Shown here piece by piece: positions 12,556-25,583 of a stretch of 64,000 bases of DNA. How positions within the stretch are numbered: the first letter of the stretch is position 1; every line of letters begins with the position of its first letter. This DNA is from Lama guanicoe (taxonomy: Eukaryota). The notes under the pieces were generated by a model. It ran no database searches, was not told the DNA's origin, and was given only the letters and a program-made list of their open reading frames with translations. The position numbers and the translations under genes were made by a program. The DNA lies in the NCBI GenBank assembly GCA_013239625.1, contig MU053588.1, forward strand, positions 3,004,799 through 3,068,798, in the 5' to 3' direction.

Positions 12556-13413
12556 GTGAGTAATCTCTGTTCCTATGTGGCCCAGGTAGCCTGCCCGAAT
12601 CTACACAGCCAGAGGCCAGGCCACACCCACTCCTCTCAGGTCCAAGTACATGGACCGTCACCCGTGGATACCAGGCTGGCCATGACTTCCTGGCCCAGGC
12701 AAATCTGGCAGGCCTAGCCTTGAGCCAAGACTGGGAGGGAACAGCTGCTCCTGTCTTGAGAGGCTCAGGATCACCATCCTGTGATGGGAGAATCAGGTTA
12801 ATGTCTCAGACTTAGGATGAATGAAAATGAGGGGATTCTAAAAAAAAGATTGTTCCTGGATCAGAGGGATATTATAACCCTTCTATAGGCCAGGAGACTG
12901 GGTTGGGCCACCTTAATTCCCTAATAAATTATTTAACAAGAAATTAAATTCCTCTCCTACTTTATGGAAAGTTCCCTTGGCCCAGACATGCACAGAGCTG
13001 GCAAGCCAGCTTTCCCCAACATACATGGAAGTGAATATAAGGAAGGGGAATTGAATTTTTTTAAAGTCAAGAAAATTCTGGGAAAAAGGTCAATGAAAGC
13101 TAATGAAAAACTCCACTTGATAAGAAGGATGCTAGACATATGGGCTGAGAAGCGGTTCCTGGTGCTGATACTACAGAGATGTTCATGGAGACTGGCCAGG
13201 GGTCATCCGGGGGTGTCTGGGTTTCAGAGAGGAAGAGCAGTCTCCTCCTCACAGATTATCACTGAAGAGAGACCCACAGCCTTGTTCACAGGGTAAGGGC
13301 CATCCTCTAGCTCACCTCCACAGAATTCACTGGACCCCAGGAGTGGCTGAGATCTCTGAGGAAGGAGTGCGGCCCCAGGCCCCAGACCAGTCACCTCCTC
13401 TGTTTCTTCGCAG

Positions 13414-13692
13414 ACCCAGTGGCACAGCCCTCCATCCAAGCCAGCAACACCACTGTCACAGAATATGAGGATACCGTGTTCCTGACCTGTCTTACAAATG
13501 ACACTGGGATCTCCATCTCCTGGCTCTTCAATGGCCAGAGTCTATTGCTCACAGAGAGGATGAAGCTGTCCCAGGGCAACAGCACCCTCACCATATACCC
13601 TGTCAGGAGGGAGGATGCCGGGAATTATCAGTGCCAGGTCTCCAACCTGGGCTATTCCAGCAAGAGTGACGTCCTCAGCCTGGAAGTGAAAT
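13414..13692 (+). CDS. CEACAM1: CEACAM1 exon 4: IgC-like A2 domain
   Basis: 279 nt between TCGCAG| and |GTGAGT; PVAQPSIQASNTTVTE...LTCLTNDTGISISWLFNGQSL...REDAGNYQC, the CEACAM1-type A2 signature. Confidence 0.96.
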
Positions 13693-13924
13693 GTGAGTGA
13701 CCACTTGCCCCACGCTGCATCTTTCTGGGAGGACTACCCTACCAGTGGGTGCAAATTAGATACAGGTCACAGGGCAAAGAATATCAAATAAGAGACCATT
13801 GTAGTAAACAGAATAGTAAAATGGATAAGAGCTCAGTCTCTAAATCAGATATACTTAATTTCTTATCCTGCATTTGGCATTTTAGTCTGATCTTTCACAA
13901 GATTCTTCCTTTTTTCCTGTTACC

Positions 13925-14301
13925 ATTTTTAATGTGGTAAAATATACATAAAATACAATTTTAATGATTTTAAGAGTATAGCTCAGAAGCATTAGGTATA
14001 TTCATACTGTTGTGCAATCATTAACTCAATCCACCCAGAAATTTTTCACCTTACCATACTAAAACTCTGTACCTATTGAACAATAACTCCCCACCTCCCC
14101 CACCCCAAACCCTGGCAATCACCATTCTATTATCTCTGTCTCTATGAATCTGGCTATTCTAGTTATTTTGTGTAAGTGAAATCATACAATAATTGTCCTT
14201 TTGGATCTGATTTATTTCACTTAGCATTATGTCTTCAAGATGCCATCCATGTTATAGCGTACCAGAATTTCATTTCCTTTAAAAGCTGAATTACATTTCC
14301 T

Positions 14302-14344
<43 letters not shown>

Positions 14345-16645
14345 CACTATATATATATACACCATATTTTGTTCATCATTCATAGGTTGATTGCTTTAGA
14401 TCATTTCCACCTTTTGGCTACTGTGACTACACTGCTTAAACATGGGTTTAACAAACATCTGTTCAATCTTTTGAGCACATACCTAGAAGGAGTAAATTGC
14501 CGGATCAAATGTCAATCCTTTGTTCAACTCTTTGATGAACTCCCGTAACACTTTCCATGATGGTTGCACCATTTACATTCCCACCAGCAGTGCACAAGGT
14601 TAATTTTTCCACATCCTTGCAAACACTTATTGTTTTCTGGTTTTTCTTTTGTTAATAGCCATCCTAAACGGTGTAAGGTGATATCTTAGTGGTTTTGATT
14701 TGCATTCCTCTAATGATTAGTGATGTTGAGTGTCTTTTCATATGCTTATTGGCCATTTGTATATATCTCTTCTGAAGAAATGTCTCCTCAGTTCCTCTGC
14801 CCATTTTTAAATTGGGTGGTTGTTGTACTGTAATAGTTCTTTACATATTACAGATATTAAGCCCTTATCAGGTATATGTTTTACAAATAATTTCTCCCAT
14901 TCTATGGGTTGCTTTTTCACTTTGTTGATAGTATCCTTTGATGCACAAAACTTTTTAATTTTGATGAAGTCCAATTTAACAATTTTTTTCTTTGTTGCCT
15001 ATGCTTTTGGTTTCCTATCCAAGAAAGTACTGCCAAATCCAAAGTTATGACGCTGTCACTCTCTGTTTTTCTTCTAGTTTTATCTCTAACATTTAGGTCT
15101 TTGAGTCATTGTGAGTTACTTTTTTGTTTGTTTTTGTATATGGTGTTAGGTAAAGACTCAGCTTCATTCTTTCATGTAAATATCCAGTTTTCCCAGTTTC
15201 ACTTGTTGAAAACACTCTCTTTTCCTCATATAATGGTCTTCACACCCTCATCAGTGTCATCTGACTATATATGCAAGGGTTTATTTCTGCCCTTTCTATT
15301 CCATTGTTGTGTTTGTCTGTTTTTATGTTAGTACCACACTTTTGATTACTCTAGCTTTGCAGCAAATTCTGAAATCAGGAAGTGTGAGTCCTCCCACTCC
15401 TTTTTTCCACGTTGTTTTGGCTATTGGGGGACTCCTAAAATTCCATATGAATTTTAGGGTTGATTTTCTATTTCAGAAAAAAAAAAGCCATTGGGGAATT
15501 TTGACAGAGATTGCAATGAATCTTAGATCACTTTGGATAGTACTGTCATCTTAATAATATTAAGTCTTCCCATCCATGGGCATGGAATGTCTTCCGATTT
15601 ATTTATGTCTTCTTTAATTTCTTTCAGTAGTGTTTATTTATAGTTTTTCAGTGTACAGATCTTCTACCTCTCTGGCTAATTCCTAAGTAGTTCATTCTTT
15701 TTGATACTATTGTAAATAAAATTTTCCTGATTTCCTTTCTGAATGTTTCATTGTTTATATATAGAAACAACTAAATTTTACCTGTTGATTTAGTATCCTG
15801 CAGCTTTGCTAAATTAGTTTATTAGTTTTAACAGTTTTGTGGGGAGTCTTTAGGGTTTCCTGCACATAAAGTTGTGTCATCTGCAAACAGAGATCATTTT
15901 ATTCTTTTCCATTTTGGATGTCTTCTATTTCTTTTTCTTGCCTAGGTGCTCTGGGTAGTACATCCAATACTATTTTGAATAGAAGTGGGAAAAGCAGGCA
16001 TTGTTGTCTTGTTCCTGATCTTACAGGAAAAACTTTCAATCTTTCACCATTGAGGATGATGGTTAGCTGTGGGTTTTCTATATGTGGCCTTTATCAAATT
16101 GAGGTGGTTTCCTTCTTTCCTTGTTTGAGTGTTTTTATCATAAAAGAATGCTGAATTTTGTCAAATGTTTTTATTGATTTAACTCCTTACTTTACATGTA
16201 TGTTCATATTTTCTATTTCTTTGTGACTGCATCTTTGTAGCTTTTCTTTCTAGGAATTTGCCTATTTCATAGAAGTTATCCAATTTGTTGGCATATGATT
16301 ATTCATAGTACTCTTATACTTCTACTATTTTTGTAGAATTGGTACTAATGTTCCCATTTTCATTTCTGATTTTAGTAATTTGAATCTTCTCTTTTTTCAT
16401 TAGTCAATCTAGTTAGAGATTTGTCAATTTTGTTAATCATTTTGATGAACCACATATTGGTTTTATTGATTCTCTCTACTGTTTTTCCATTCTCTAATTT
16501 ATTTATCTCCATTCTAATCATTATTACTTCCTTCCTTGTGATATATTTGGGTTTAGTTTGGTTTTTTCCCTCATCCCTTAAGTTGTAAATTTAGATTGTT
16601 GCTTTGAGATCTTTTTTTTTCTTAATACAAGCATTTATAATTACA
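13925..16645 (-). mobile_element. Old 5'-truncated L1 (L1M-type) in intron 4
   Basis: Antisense L1 3' UTR and degraded ORF2; contains (TA)n at ~14305-14358. Confidence 0.8.
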
Positions 16646-17965
16646 AATTCTTGCCCAAGAGTCTTAACTTCTCCGAGGCTCAGATTGCTCAACAGAAAGC
16701 TGCAATAAGAGTACATGTTTCATGGTATTGTTTCACAGATTTACTGTAATATCCAATTAGACCCTTAGCAAATACACACACAGAGGAAATTTTCCATAAA
16801 TGTTAGCTGCTGATATTACTACTATTATCATTAGGCTCTATAAAATCAGGGACTCCTCACTCTAAGGCCCCCTCTTATTAGCCATTTGACTTCTGGTTTT
16901 TCACCAATGTAAGCCTGTTTTTTCATCTGTAGAATGGAAATAGTGTCTATCTGACAGGGTTATTATATGAATTAAATGAGAAATGGGAAACATGTAGCAC
17001 AGAGCCTGGCACATAGTAAGTACCTCTTAACAGTAGCAACTCCAGCATTAATTTTCATCTTGAGTAGAATGGTGAGGCCAACCAAAATTAAAAAGAAGAA
17101 ACAGAAGCAAAAGGTATTATACATATTTAGGGAGGAAGGCGTAACACAAATGACCAATGGGACGTGTTACTGACTAACTATGGGAGAGAAAAAAAGGAGT
17201 TGAGTGCAACGTTTCATATCTAGTATGTTGGTTTTCATCCCATGAGATGCAGCCAAGATAGGATTAGACATCAAGACATTCATTGCCGAAAATGCCCGTG
17301 AAGGAAAGCGGGGCAGGAGAGGGAGGAAGCTGGCAGGGTCCTCAGACCATGATGTATATCTGACTCCTGAGAAAGAGAAAGGGAAGGAAGGAAGTTTTAG
17401 ATTACAGTGCAGCTTTAGAGACTGTCTGCAAGGCTGGTGGGAAGTGCTTGAACTAAAGTCACTCATCACAGAAAAATCATTTCTCACAGAATTGGGGTTG
17501 ATTTCATAGCCCTGCTGGGAGCCCGTGGGAAGGGGAGTCTCTGTGTACAGGGGTAGTGCACTCAGAGTTCCATCAGTTAAGTCCCCACCACAAGACACCT
17601 GAGAGGCACATGTGCATGGATGATGCTCAGGGAAAGATGCAGCCATGAAAAGGTGAGAAGTCATAATATACAAAAAAAACCGCCATCAATCCTTCTTACA
17701 TTTCTAAAGGCTTCAAAAATATCCCAATGCAGAAAGGCCAGGATGGAACTGAGGCAAATCTGATCACCAACCTAGACATACAGTCAAAGAGAAAAGAACT
17801 GCAAGGATATAGTTGGCTAATCCCCTCACAGCAACCTCCCACAGAAAATTTACTCCTTGAAGAAACAAGTAGAGATTTTTTTATACTGAGAGTTGTTTCC
17901 CAGAGCACTTCCCACTGTAAAACAACGTCACCTTCATTCACTGTCCTCTTTTCTCTCCATGACAG

Positions 17966-18095
17966 ATGATCCAACACAAGGAAGTTCTTCTGGCCTCTCA
18001 GATGGTGCTATTGCCGGCATCGTGATTGGAGCCGTGGCTGGGGTAGCTTTGATAGCAGCCCTGGTGTATTTTCTGTACGTCAGAAAAACTGGAAG
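17966..18095 (+). CDS. CEACAM1: CEACAM1 exon 5: transmembrane exon
   Basis: 130 nt between GACAG| and |GTATGA; DPTQGSSSGLSDGAIAGIVIGAVAGVALIAALVYFLYVRKTG with GxxxG motifs. Confidence 0.96.
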
Positions 18096-18816
18096 GTATG
18101 ATGCCTTTCCTCTCGTTCCACTTTCTCCAAGGCTAACTGCCACGCTTGGGAGAGGGAAGGAGACGTCATCTCTGTGTCTGGCCTGGATCTGCTCCTCGTT
18201 CTTCCTAAAGCTCTGCTTCCCACCACTAATTCCTGCGGGTCTCTTCTTCCCTGGTCTTCATGCTTCCCCTTCCCCACTCTCTCTTGGACATGGTTATTCC
18301 CATCCCCATCTGGTTTAGAGGGGTGAGAGCCATTATGTTCTTCTGTCTCCAGTCAGGGAAGCCAAGATCCAAGAAGGAAAACTAATGAGGAAATGAAAGG
18401 AGAAGCAGAAGGAAGGGAGTCACATGCCCAGTGGACAATAGTAGCAGGAGGGGACTGGGGGATAGGACAGGAAGAGAACCTAAGAAAAGCAGACACAACC
18501 AAAGGCCTCTTAGGCAATAAATAAAGTGAGAAATAACCAGCATCTTCCTACCAAAGGGGAAAGGTGTCAGGGTAGAAACAGGCTCAGAAGCAGTTGTATA
18601 GGTCACCCAAAAAGTGAAGGGCCAGCAAACAGGAAACAAGTAAACACTAGCAGGGATCATACATAGATTGAAGAAGGACGGCCTGAGAGGAAAGAGTACT
18701 GACCAAGGAATAAATGAACACTGAGGAGCCCCAAGGGATCACGCTGACAGTGTCCTTCCTAATTCAAGGAGCAAAGATCCTATGCCTGGGAATAACAGCA
18801 TCTGGTATTTATTTAG

Positions 18817-18869
18817 GGCAAGTGACCAGCATGATCTCACACAGCACAAATCCTCAGACTCCAACCACA
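18817..18869 (+). CDS. CEACAM1: CEACAM1 cytoplasmic exon 1 (53 nt, the long/short isoform switch exon)
   Basis: TTTAG|GGCAAGTGACCAGCATGATCTC...CAACCACA|GTAAGT; encodes RASDQHDLTQHKSSDSNH. Confidence 0.93.
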
Positions 18870-19546
18870 GTAAGTAAACCCACTTACCCAGTGAGAGCTG
18901 GTATGTTCTACCATGTGCCCTGCCCTAGCAGGGAATCCTGGATTTCCAAATGATCCATACCTTCTGAATTTTCAGAGGGTATCTCCATGTCCCAACCTTA
19001 AGTTGACATAGATCCTCGCACGCTTCCTACTGCAAAAGCTTCCCCTGAGACACAGCACCGGAAAAGAAATTCACTCCCCCTAGGCCAGGCAAGCCAGCAG
19101 GCCATGAGATGGTCATGTTTCCAGAAGCCATTTCTTCATCCTTAATCCTACCCCCTCCGGACTCTTTTATGGATGTGGGCATCTCCTTTGGTGAGACTTT
19201 CCCTGCCTTTGGTGCTCTGGGTACTGTGGGCCTCAATGTCCCTCCCTGCCACTTGATCCTGTTGCTGAGAAATGCCAGGGCAAATCTCAGGCCTTGTAAA
19301 CTTGAAGAAATCTTCAGAAGTGAACTGAGGCCTTCTGCCCCTCCTTGGTCTACTGCCCTGGGGTCTGGACCACAGGTTGAGGGAAGTGAATTCCTTAAGT
19401 GATCATGGGCCACCTCCATAGCCTATCCTCCCACCACCTGCCACCTCCTTTACCTGGAAGTCACAATAGCTTAGGAACACCACGTTCTGAGGATTTAAGT
19501 CAGGTCTACATTTTCATGGGTTGGTAACTCTCTTTTGCTTCCCCAG

Positions 19547-19578
19547 GTCAGGGACATTCTGACAACTCGCCCAGCAAG
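19547..19578 (+). CDS. CEACAM1: CEACAM1 cytoplasmic exon 2 (32 nt)
   Basis: CCCCAG|GTCAGGGACATTCTGACAACTCGCCCAGCAAG|GTAAGC; encodes SQGHSDNSPSK. Confidence 0.93.
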
Positions 19579-20588
19579 GTAAGCACAGCCAGTTTCACCA
19601 GCTCATTTTCTCATGGAAATATCTCTGTATAGAATGGGTTATTCATGAAGACAATATAAGATCCACTCTGGGTCAAAGTTCCTCATTTCAGAACAAACAA
19701 AGAAGTATTGGTTAATTACTTCCGCAGGTCTACATCACTGCAAGAATGTGGACTTGAATCCTAGCCATGACCTTGGGCAAGTAACTTAACTTCTTTGATC
19801 CTCAGTTTTGTCATCTGTAAAACTGGCATGATGCTTACCTTGAAGAGAAGTTCAAGGAATTAAATATTATAACAAATGTAAAGCAACCAGCACAATATCC
19901 AGCACAAGGAAGGCACTGGCTTATCCTCCCTCCTCTGCCTCCAATCTGACCCTGCTCTTACTGTGAAATGATAATTTCCATTCTAATGGCTCCTTTACTT
20001 TCTAATAATTCTATTGAAATGAATTTTCTCATCTTAACCTTTCAATAGAATACACATATATACTGAAAAGTGCTTAAATCTTAAGTATTTTTCAACAATG
20101 TGTAAGTTTTCGCAAGTTGCACATACCTATGTAAACAGTACCCAAATCATTAAAAAAAATTGTTTCCCCAACACACATATACAAAACCTTCTAGTTATTT
20201 CCCTCTAAAGAATAACAACCTTCGAATGCACTAGATTAGTTTAACATGATTATATTCTTATATAAGTGAAAACCGTAGTATATCCTTACATGTGCCTGGC
20301 TTCTTTCATTCAAAATTGTTTTGCAGAGTCATTCATATTGTTGTATGCCTTTGTGGTTCATTTGTTCTCACTGCTGTATCATCGTATTCCATTGTAGAAT
20401 TCCATAATCTATCTCTCCTAACGATCATTCAACAGGATGTTAGCAAGCAGAGATAATGGGTAACAAAAGCCCTCCTCCTAAGCCAAAAGTTTCAAAGTGC
20501 TGAAAGCATTTGGTGCAGAATCACAGTAGACAAGGTGAGGGCCTGGCCTGTGATGTTGACTCAGTTGACCCCTGCTCCTGCCTTTCAG

Positions 20589-20708
20589 ATTGACGAAGTT
20601 GCATATTCTTCCCTGAACTTCAATGCCCAGGAATCAAAGAAACCAACTTCAGCCTCTCCATCCTTAACAGCCTCAGAAACGGTTTATTCAGAAGTGAAAA
20701 AGAAGTGA
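20589..20708 (+). CDS. CEACAM1: CEACAM1 last coding exon with ITIM (VAYSSL) and ITSM (TVYSEV)
   Basis: TTTCAG| then IDEVAYSSLNFNAQESKKPTSASPSLTASETVYSEVKKK*. The spliced CDS totals 1317 nt = 438 aa plus stop, with all phases compatible. Confidence 0.96.
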   Translation: MDEVAYSSLNFNAQESKKPTSASPSLTASETVYSEVKKK

Positions 20709-22471
20709 TGCAACCAGTCCTGCTCTCTGTACTGCTGACTTATTCCAAGCTCCTCCTCCCCATCCCTAGGAGATCCCTTTACCCTCAGGGAAAATGGGAG
20801 GAGTGTCTTCCCCACCCTCCCTCCCTTAACCCCCTAATGAGGCTCCTCCAGGCTGCCTGGTCACAGCCCCTTACTTCAGTGTTAAGAGATGAAAAGGTAC
20901 ATCCAGGAGGAGGTCTGTAGGAAACAGACCTTTGTCATTGAAATTTGGCAAAGCAGATCTTGGGAGAGGTTGCCAGAACCTCTGCCCCTCCCCTTTTCCT
21001 GACCTAGACCGCTTTTAAACTTGCCTATTCAGAACACATTTATCCCTTCCCACCTCTCCTGTCCCATTGGAGTCTAATTTCAATTTGCCATAACCTGGAG
21101 AATTATGCACTGAAACACATGTGCCAGAAAAGGAGAGAAATAGCAAAAGGAAAAGCTTCTCCTAGCTCTCTGAATTTCAGTGTGAACCCACCATTCACAG
21201 AAAAATACAAATATAACCAATTCTGAACTGGGAAATTCTATACCTTCATCCACTTTTAGGGTTGTCAACATGCAGGACCAAGGCCTGAGCAACCTACTAC
21301 TTAGCTAGAATAACACCTAAACCCTTTGAAAGCCTGTCTTCAGAAAACCTACCAGAGCAACTAGAAGACAACTTCTCAAAGTCCATAAGTGATTCCTGAT
21401 GGAAAAAAACGCACATACTGTTTTTAATAACTTTAAGGGCCGTATTCAAGAAAATGCCCTTGGAGGCAGAGGTTATCGCTTTAGAGGAAAAATCAGCTCT
21501 TAACAGAGACAATCTGCTGAGTTTAGGGAGAGGAATCAGATAGCTACCCTTCAGAGATTATCTAAATAATGGTTAAGGAATGCACAATTTGGGGTATTGG
21601 GTTTTTTTCCCTTCCTTCTGAGACATTCCACCACTCTAATTTTTGTAACTGCTTGTTTATGTGAAAGGGGTTATGTTTACTTAATTTGCTGCATAAGCCA
21701 ATCTGACTGCCTTAGGTGAAAGAAGCCATCAAAACCCCTCAAATCCCTCTGCCCAGGAGCTCCTCAAGGCTTTTATGTCAGGGGCTCCACATAAAAAGAA
21801 GAAGAAGCAGTTTTCTACATCAATGGCTAGAAATGGATCTCACTCAGTTTCTAGGCATCTCAGACCAACCATCAACACCATTCTATTCCATGTTTCCACC
21901 TGTGCACATTCCATCTGTCTGCCCCACTCACCTTCTCAGGAAACCTGGGCCTCTGCTAAGGTGTGCTTGGTCCTTGAGAAGCAGGAGTGCCCTAAAGAGA
22001 ACACTAGCACTCACGCTGTTGGCATTGTTTACAACCTAGAAAGCAGCACTGGTGCTGATCCTCCTTAGGACATAAGGGGAGGATTATAACTCAGCCCTAG
22101 GCTTCTTGAAAGCGTCCAAAATTTGTTTTCTCCCACAGGGTCTATGAGACCCAATGTGTCAGCATAAAAAGGAAGGGCAGGAGAAGGAGAGGCACATCTA
22201 CTTCCCACTCAGCCTTCTTCTGCACAGATAGAACCTCCTTGAGGCTGCTGAGAGAAAAGTTTTATTCCACATTCGTTACTTGATCTCATGCTGTGTCTAA
22301 GAGGCCCCCTCAAAGAGGGTTGGTTGGGAGCTCTCTGTACTCAGGTACCTCTTCAGGGTTTTCCATCCCTGACACTCTGTATATAACTCCCCTCATCCAC
22401 CTGTTCTGTTATTTAATTTTGCCTGGCTAAGGCTGCTTCTGAATTATTTGTAAAATTTGCTCTATATTTAT

Positions 22472-22477
22472 AATAAA
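22472..22477 (+). terminator. Probable CEACAM1 polyadenylation signal (3' UTR about 1.8 kb)
   Basis: AATAAA in an AT-rich context; the first such hexamer I noticed after the stop codon. Confidence 0.6.
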
Positions 22478-23931
22478 AATTATATACCAGACATCAACAT
22501 GGTGCCTCACAGTTGGTACTACTTTCTACAATGTCTTCTTTACAGGCAGAAGAAGGAGAAATTGCTTAAATGGGAGTCAGAGTGAGCCTATGTCTAAGTA
22601 CACAGATATTTGCTCTAGTGATCAGAGAATCGCTCAATTCATTTGCACACCTGCTAACAAAGTGAGCTGATCTGGAAGCAACAAGCCATAGCTACAACCT
22701 GCCTGAAGAAACTGCCTGTCTTCCTCTAGGAAAGAAGATGATCTCATGAGCCAAAGATCTCCAGCCTCTTCCTTAGGAAAAAATCACACTTCCCATACAG
22801 AGGCTCCAGTGAATCAGATGCAGCGATACAGCTTTCACTCCCAACAGTCCCCACAGGTTCAGGTGTGTAGAAATCTCTGTAGCACCCTCCCTCTTCCTCG
22901 TACCCTATTCCTTCTTTCTGTCCCCTCAGAGGGTCAGATCTCTTCCAACCTGGATAACCTTCATTTACTAATTCCACCAAGCGTTAGCCTGTTATCTCAT
23001 TTCCTTCACTTCAAAGCAATTGAAATGTGTGCTGTCTTTCCCCTTCCTCCTCACCTGATTCCTCCTGGCCCTCTGCAGTGGTGCCTCCATATCCAAGGCT
23101 GAAGCAGCATAAAATCAGTAGCCATCGCTTGGCCAATTCAAATGTATTTTCTCTGTCCTCACATGGTTCACTTTTACAACATCTGAGACCACAGACAACA
23201 TTTTCCTTCCTGGTCATTCTCCTCCTATTGTCCCCATTGCACCCCCACATCAGATTTCTTACTCAGACCTGCCTGAATCCAGCCACACAACCCTGTTTCC
23301 ACAGCTTTCATGATCTCTTTGCAGATAAGTCCTTCATCTGTATCTCTAGCCCTGACTACTTCCCAGAATGCATGACACTCACATCAAAATACTTCTCAAA
23401 TTACTCCCCGTCTAAACTGGCTTTCCCCTACAGCTCACTCATTTTTCTCAGTGACACCACTGCTTCCTCAGCCCTTGTTCTTTTGTTTCCCAGACTCGAT
23501 ACCTCACCACAGCCTGTTGATTCTTTTTTTTTTTTTAGCATCTCTCAGTTATGTCCTTCTCCCCATTCCCATACACCTAAATAACCCCTGCCCTCAAGAC
23601 CTCTGCTGGAGGTACTGCTTGAATTCTTGTCTTTGGTCTCTCTACTGAAATCTTCCTTGCACACTACTGCCTCATTACCTTCCTAAAAACTGGTTCACTG
23701 TCCCACGCAAGGACCTACAGTGTCTTCCCCTGGCCTATCAGATGAGTTCAGATTTCTTCCTCTTCACTAATATTTCTTATTTTCTTTCCCACTACTCTAG
23801 TTTAATTCCTCCAATCTAATTAGCTCTGTCTCCTTATCCATCCTACCCCTGTACCCCATATACACATAGACTCCTTAGTCCCAGTAATATGCCTGAAAAC
23901 AAGCACCGCACAGGGCATCATTATCTCACAG

Positions 23932-24050
23932 AGAAGTTACCCACACCAGTCATCACAAGCAACGAATCCACCCATAGGGAGGACAAAGACCTTGTAGTAT
24001 TAACATGTAAACCTGAGGTTCAGGATACAACTCACCTGTAATGGAGAATC
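23932..24050 (+). pseudogene. Orphan, truncated CEACAM A-type IgC exon remnant
   Basis: TCACAG| then KLPTPVITSNESTHREDKDLVVLTCKPEVQDTTHL*WRI, colinear with the first ~40 codons of exon A1; TAA at 24039-24041. Confidence 0.85.
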
Positions 24051-24627
24051 TTTTTCCTGTTGGCCAATCTATGTGTTCATGAAATCCTTAGGGAGCACCT
24101 ACTGTGCTACAAGTCTCAGTGTTAGACCCCATGAAAGATACAGAAATGAGAAACACAGGGTCCTTACCCCAGGGAACATAAAGCCTAAGACAAGAGATAA
24201 GACATGAAAAATTATTATAATATAATAATAATAGAAATGGAAAATGCCACAAGAGAAGACAGGGAGAAATTTGATGAGAAATATGGCTACACAATAGAAT
24301 GACTGGGAAAATTTTAGAAACAACTGGTGTTCAGACCCAACTCACAGATTTAATTTAATTGGTGTGCGGTGGAACCCAGGCACTGGTAATTTTTCCAAAG
24401 CTTCCCAGATGCATTTCATGTATAGCCATGATGGAGAACCTCTGCTATAACAGATAGGACTTAAGACTAATAGCAGTGGTTTTTAGCTAGGAGTATAACT
24501 CAGAATTACCTAGGAAACATTTTTTATATACATACTAAGCCTACAAATCATCACTGAAGAAGCCGATACATTATGTCTGGAGTGACACTTGGGCTTCAGT
24601 GTTTTGAAAAAAACCTAGATGATTCTT

Positions 24628-24812
24628 TTTTTTTTAACTTTTTTTTTATTGAGTTATAGTCATTTTACAATGTTGTGTCAAATTCCAGTGTAGAGCACAA
24701 TTTTTCAGTTATACATGAACATACATATACTCATTGTCACATTTTTTTCACTGTGAGCTACCACAAGATCTTCTATGTATTTCCATGTGCTATACAGTAT
24801 AATCTTATTTAT
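24628..24812 (-). mobile_element. Short L1 3' end insertion with perfect TSD
   Basis: Poly-T followed by L1 3' UTR; TSD TAGATGATTCTT at 24616-24627 and 24813-24824. Confidence 0.88.
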
Positions 24813-25583
24813 TAGATGATTCTTAACGTATATTCTATGTTAGGAAACATTGGCCTAAAACATAGGTAGGATTGAAAAATGTGGGAGTTGCAAGAATATT
24901 CCCTGAGACAGACGTGAAGATGAATAATCTATTCTGCAGCCACAGAGAAATATTTGAAAAGAAATTTTGGCTAAACTTTAAAAGATTAATGACACCAAGT
25001 GCTGTGAGGTTGGGAAAAAACTGGTAGTCTGACATATTGCTGGTAGAAACATGAAATGGCACTACTACTCTGGAAAAGAGTTTGGCATTTCTTATCAAGT
25101 TAAATGTGTTTATAGAGTTCAGCAACCTAGGTATTTACATGAGAGAAATTATAATAGATACCCATGCAAAGAGTTATACATAAATGTTCACACCAGCATT
25201 ATTCATAATAGCCAAAAAGTGGAAGCAACTCAAATATCCATCAGCATGTGAATGGATAACCAGACTGTGGTATATCCATACAAGGGAATACTAATCAGAA
25301 ATAAAAAGGGCACAAACTGCTGCTAAAACAAGATGAATGAGTCCCCAAAACATTATGCTGTACAAAAGGAGCACATGCTATATGATGCCGTTTAAGGGAA
25401 GTTCAAGAATAGTCAGTAGTAATTAATGCTGTCAGAATTCACCATAGAGGGTGGAGTTAACAATGAAGATGCACTTGGGAGCTCTTTAGGCTGATGGAAA
25501 TAATCTACAACTCAATTGAGGTAGTGATTACATGGGTGTGCACAGTTACCACAAATCAAATTGTACATTTAAGATCTAAATGC

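Noticed and set aside
17893..18318. 141-aa hydrophobic ORF as a separate membrane protein
   Set aside because: It is the TM exon plus flanking intron read in frame.
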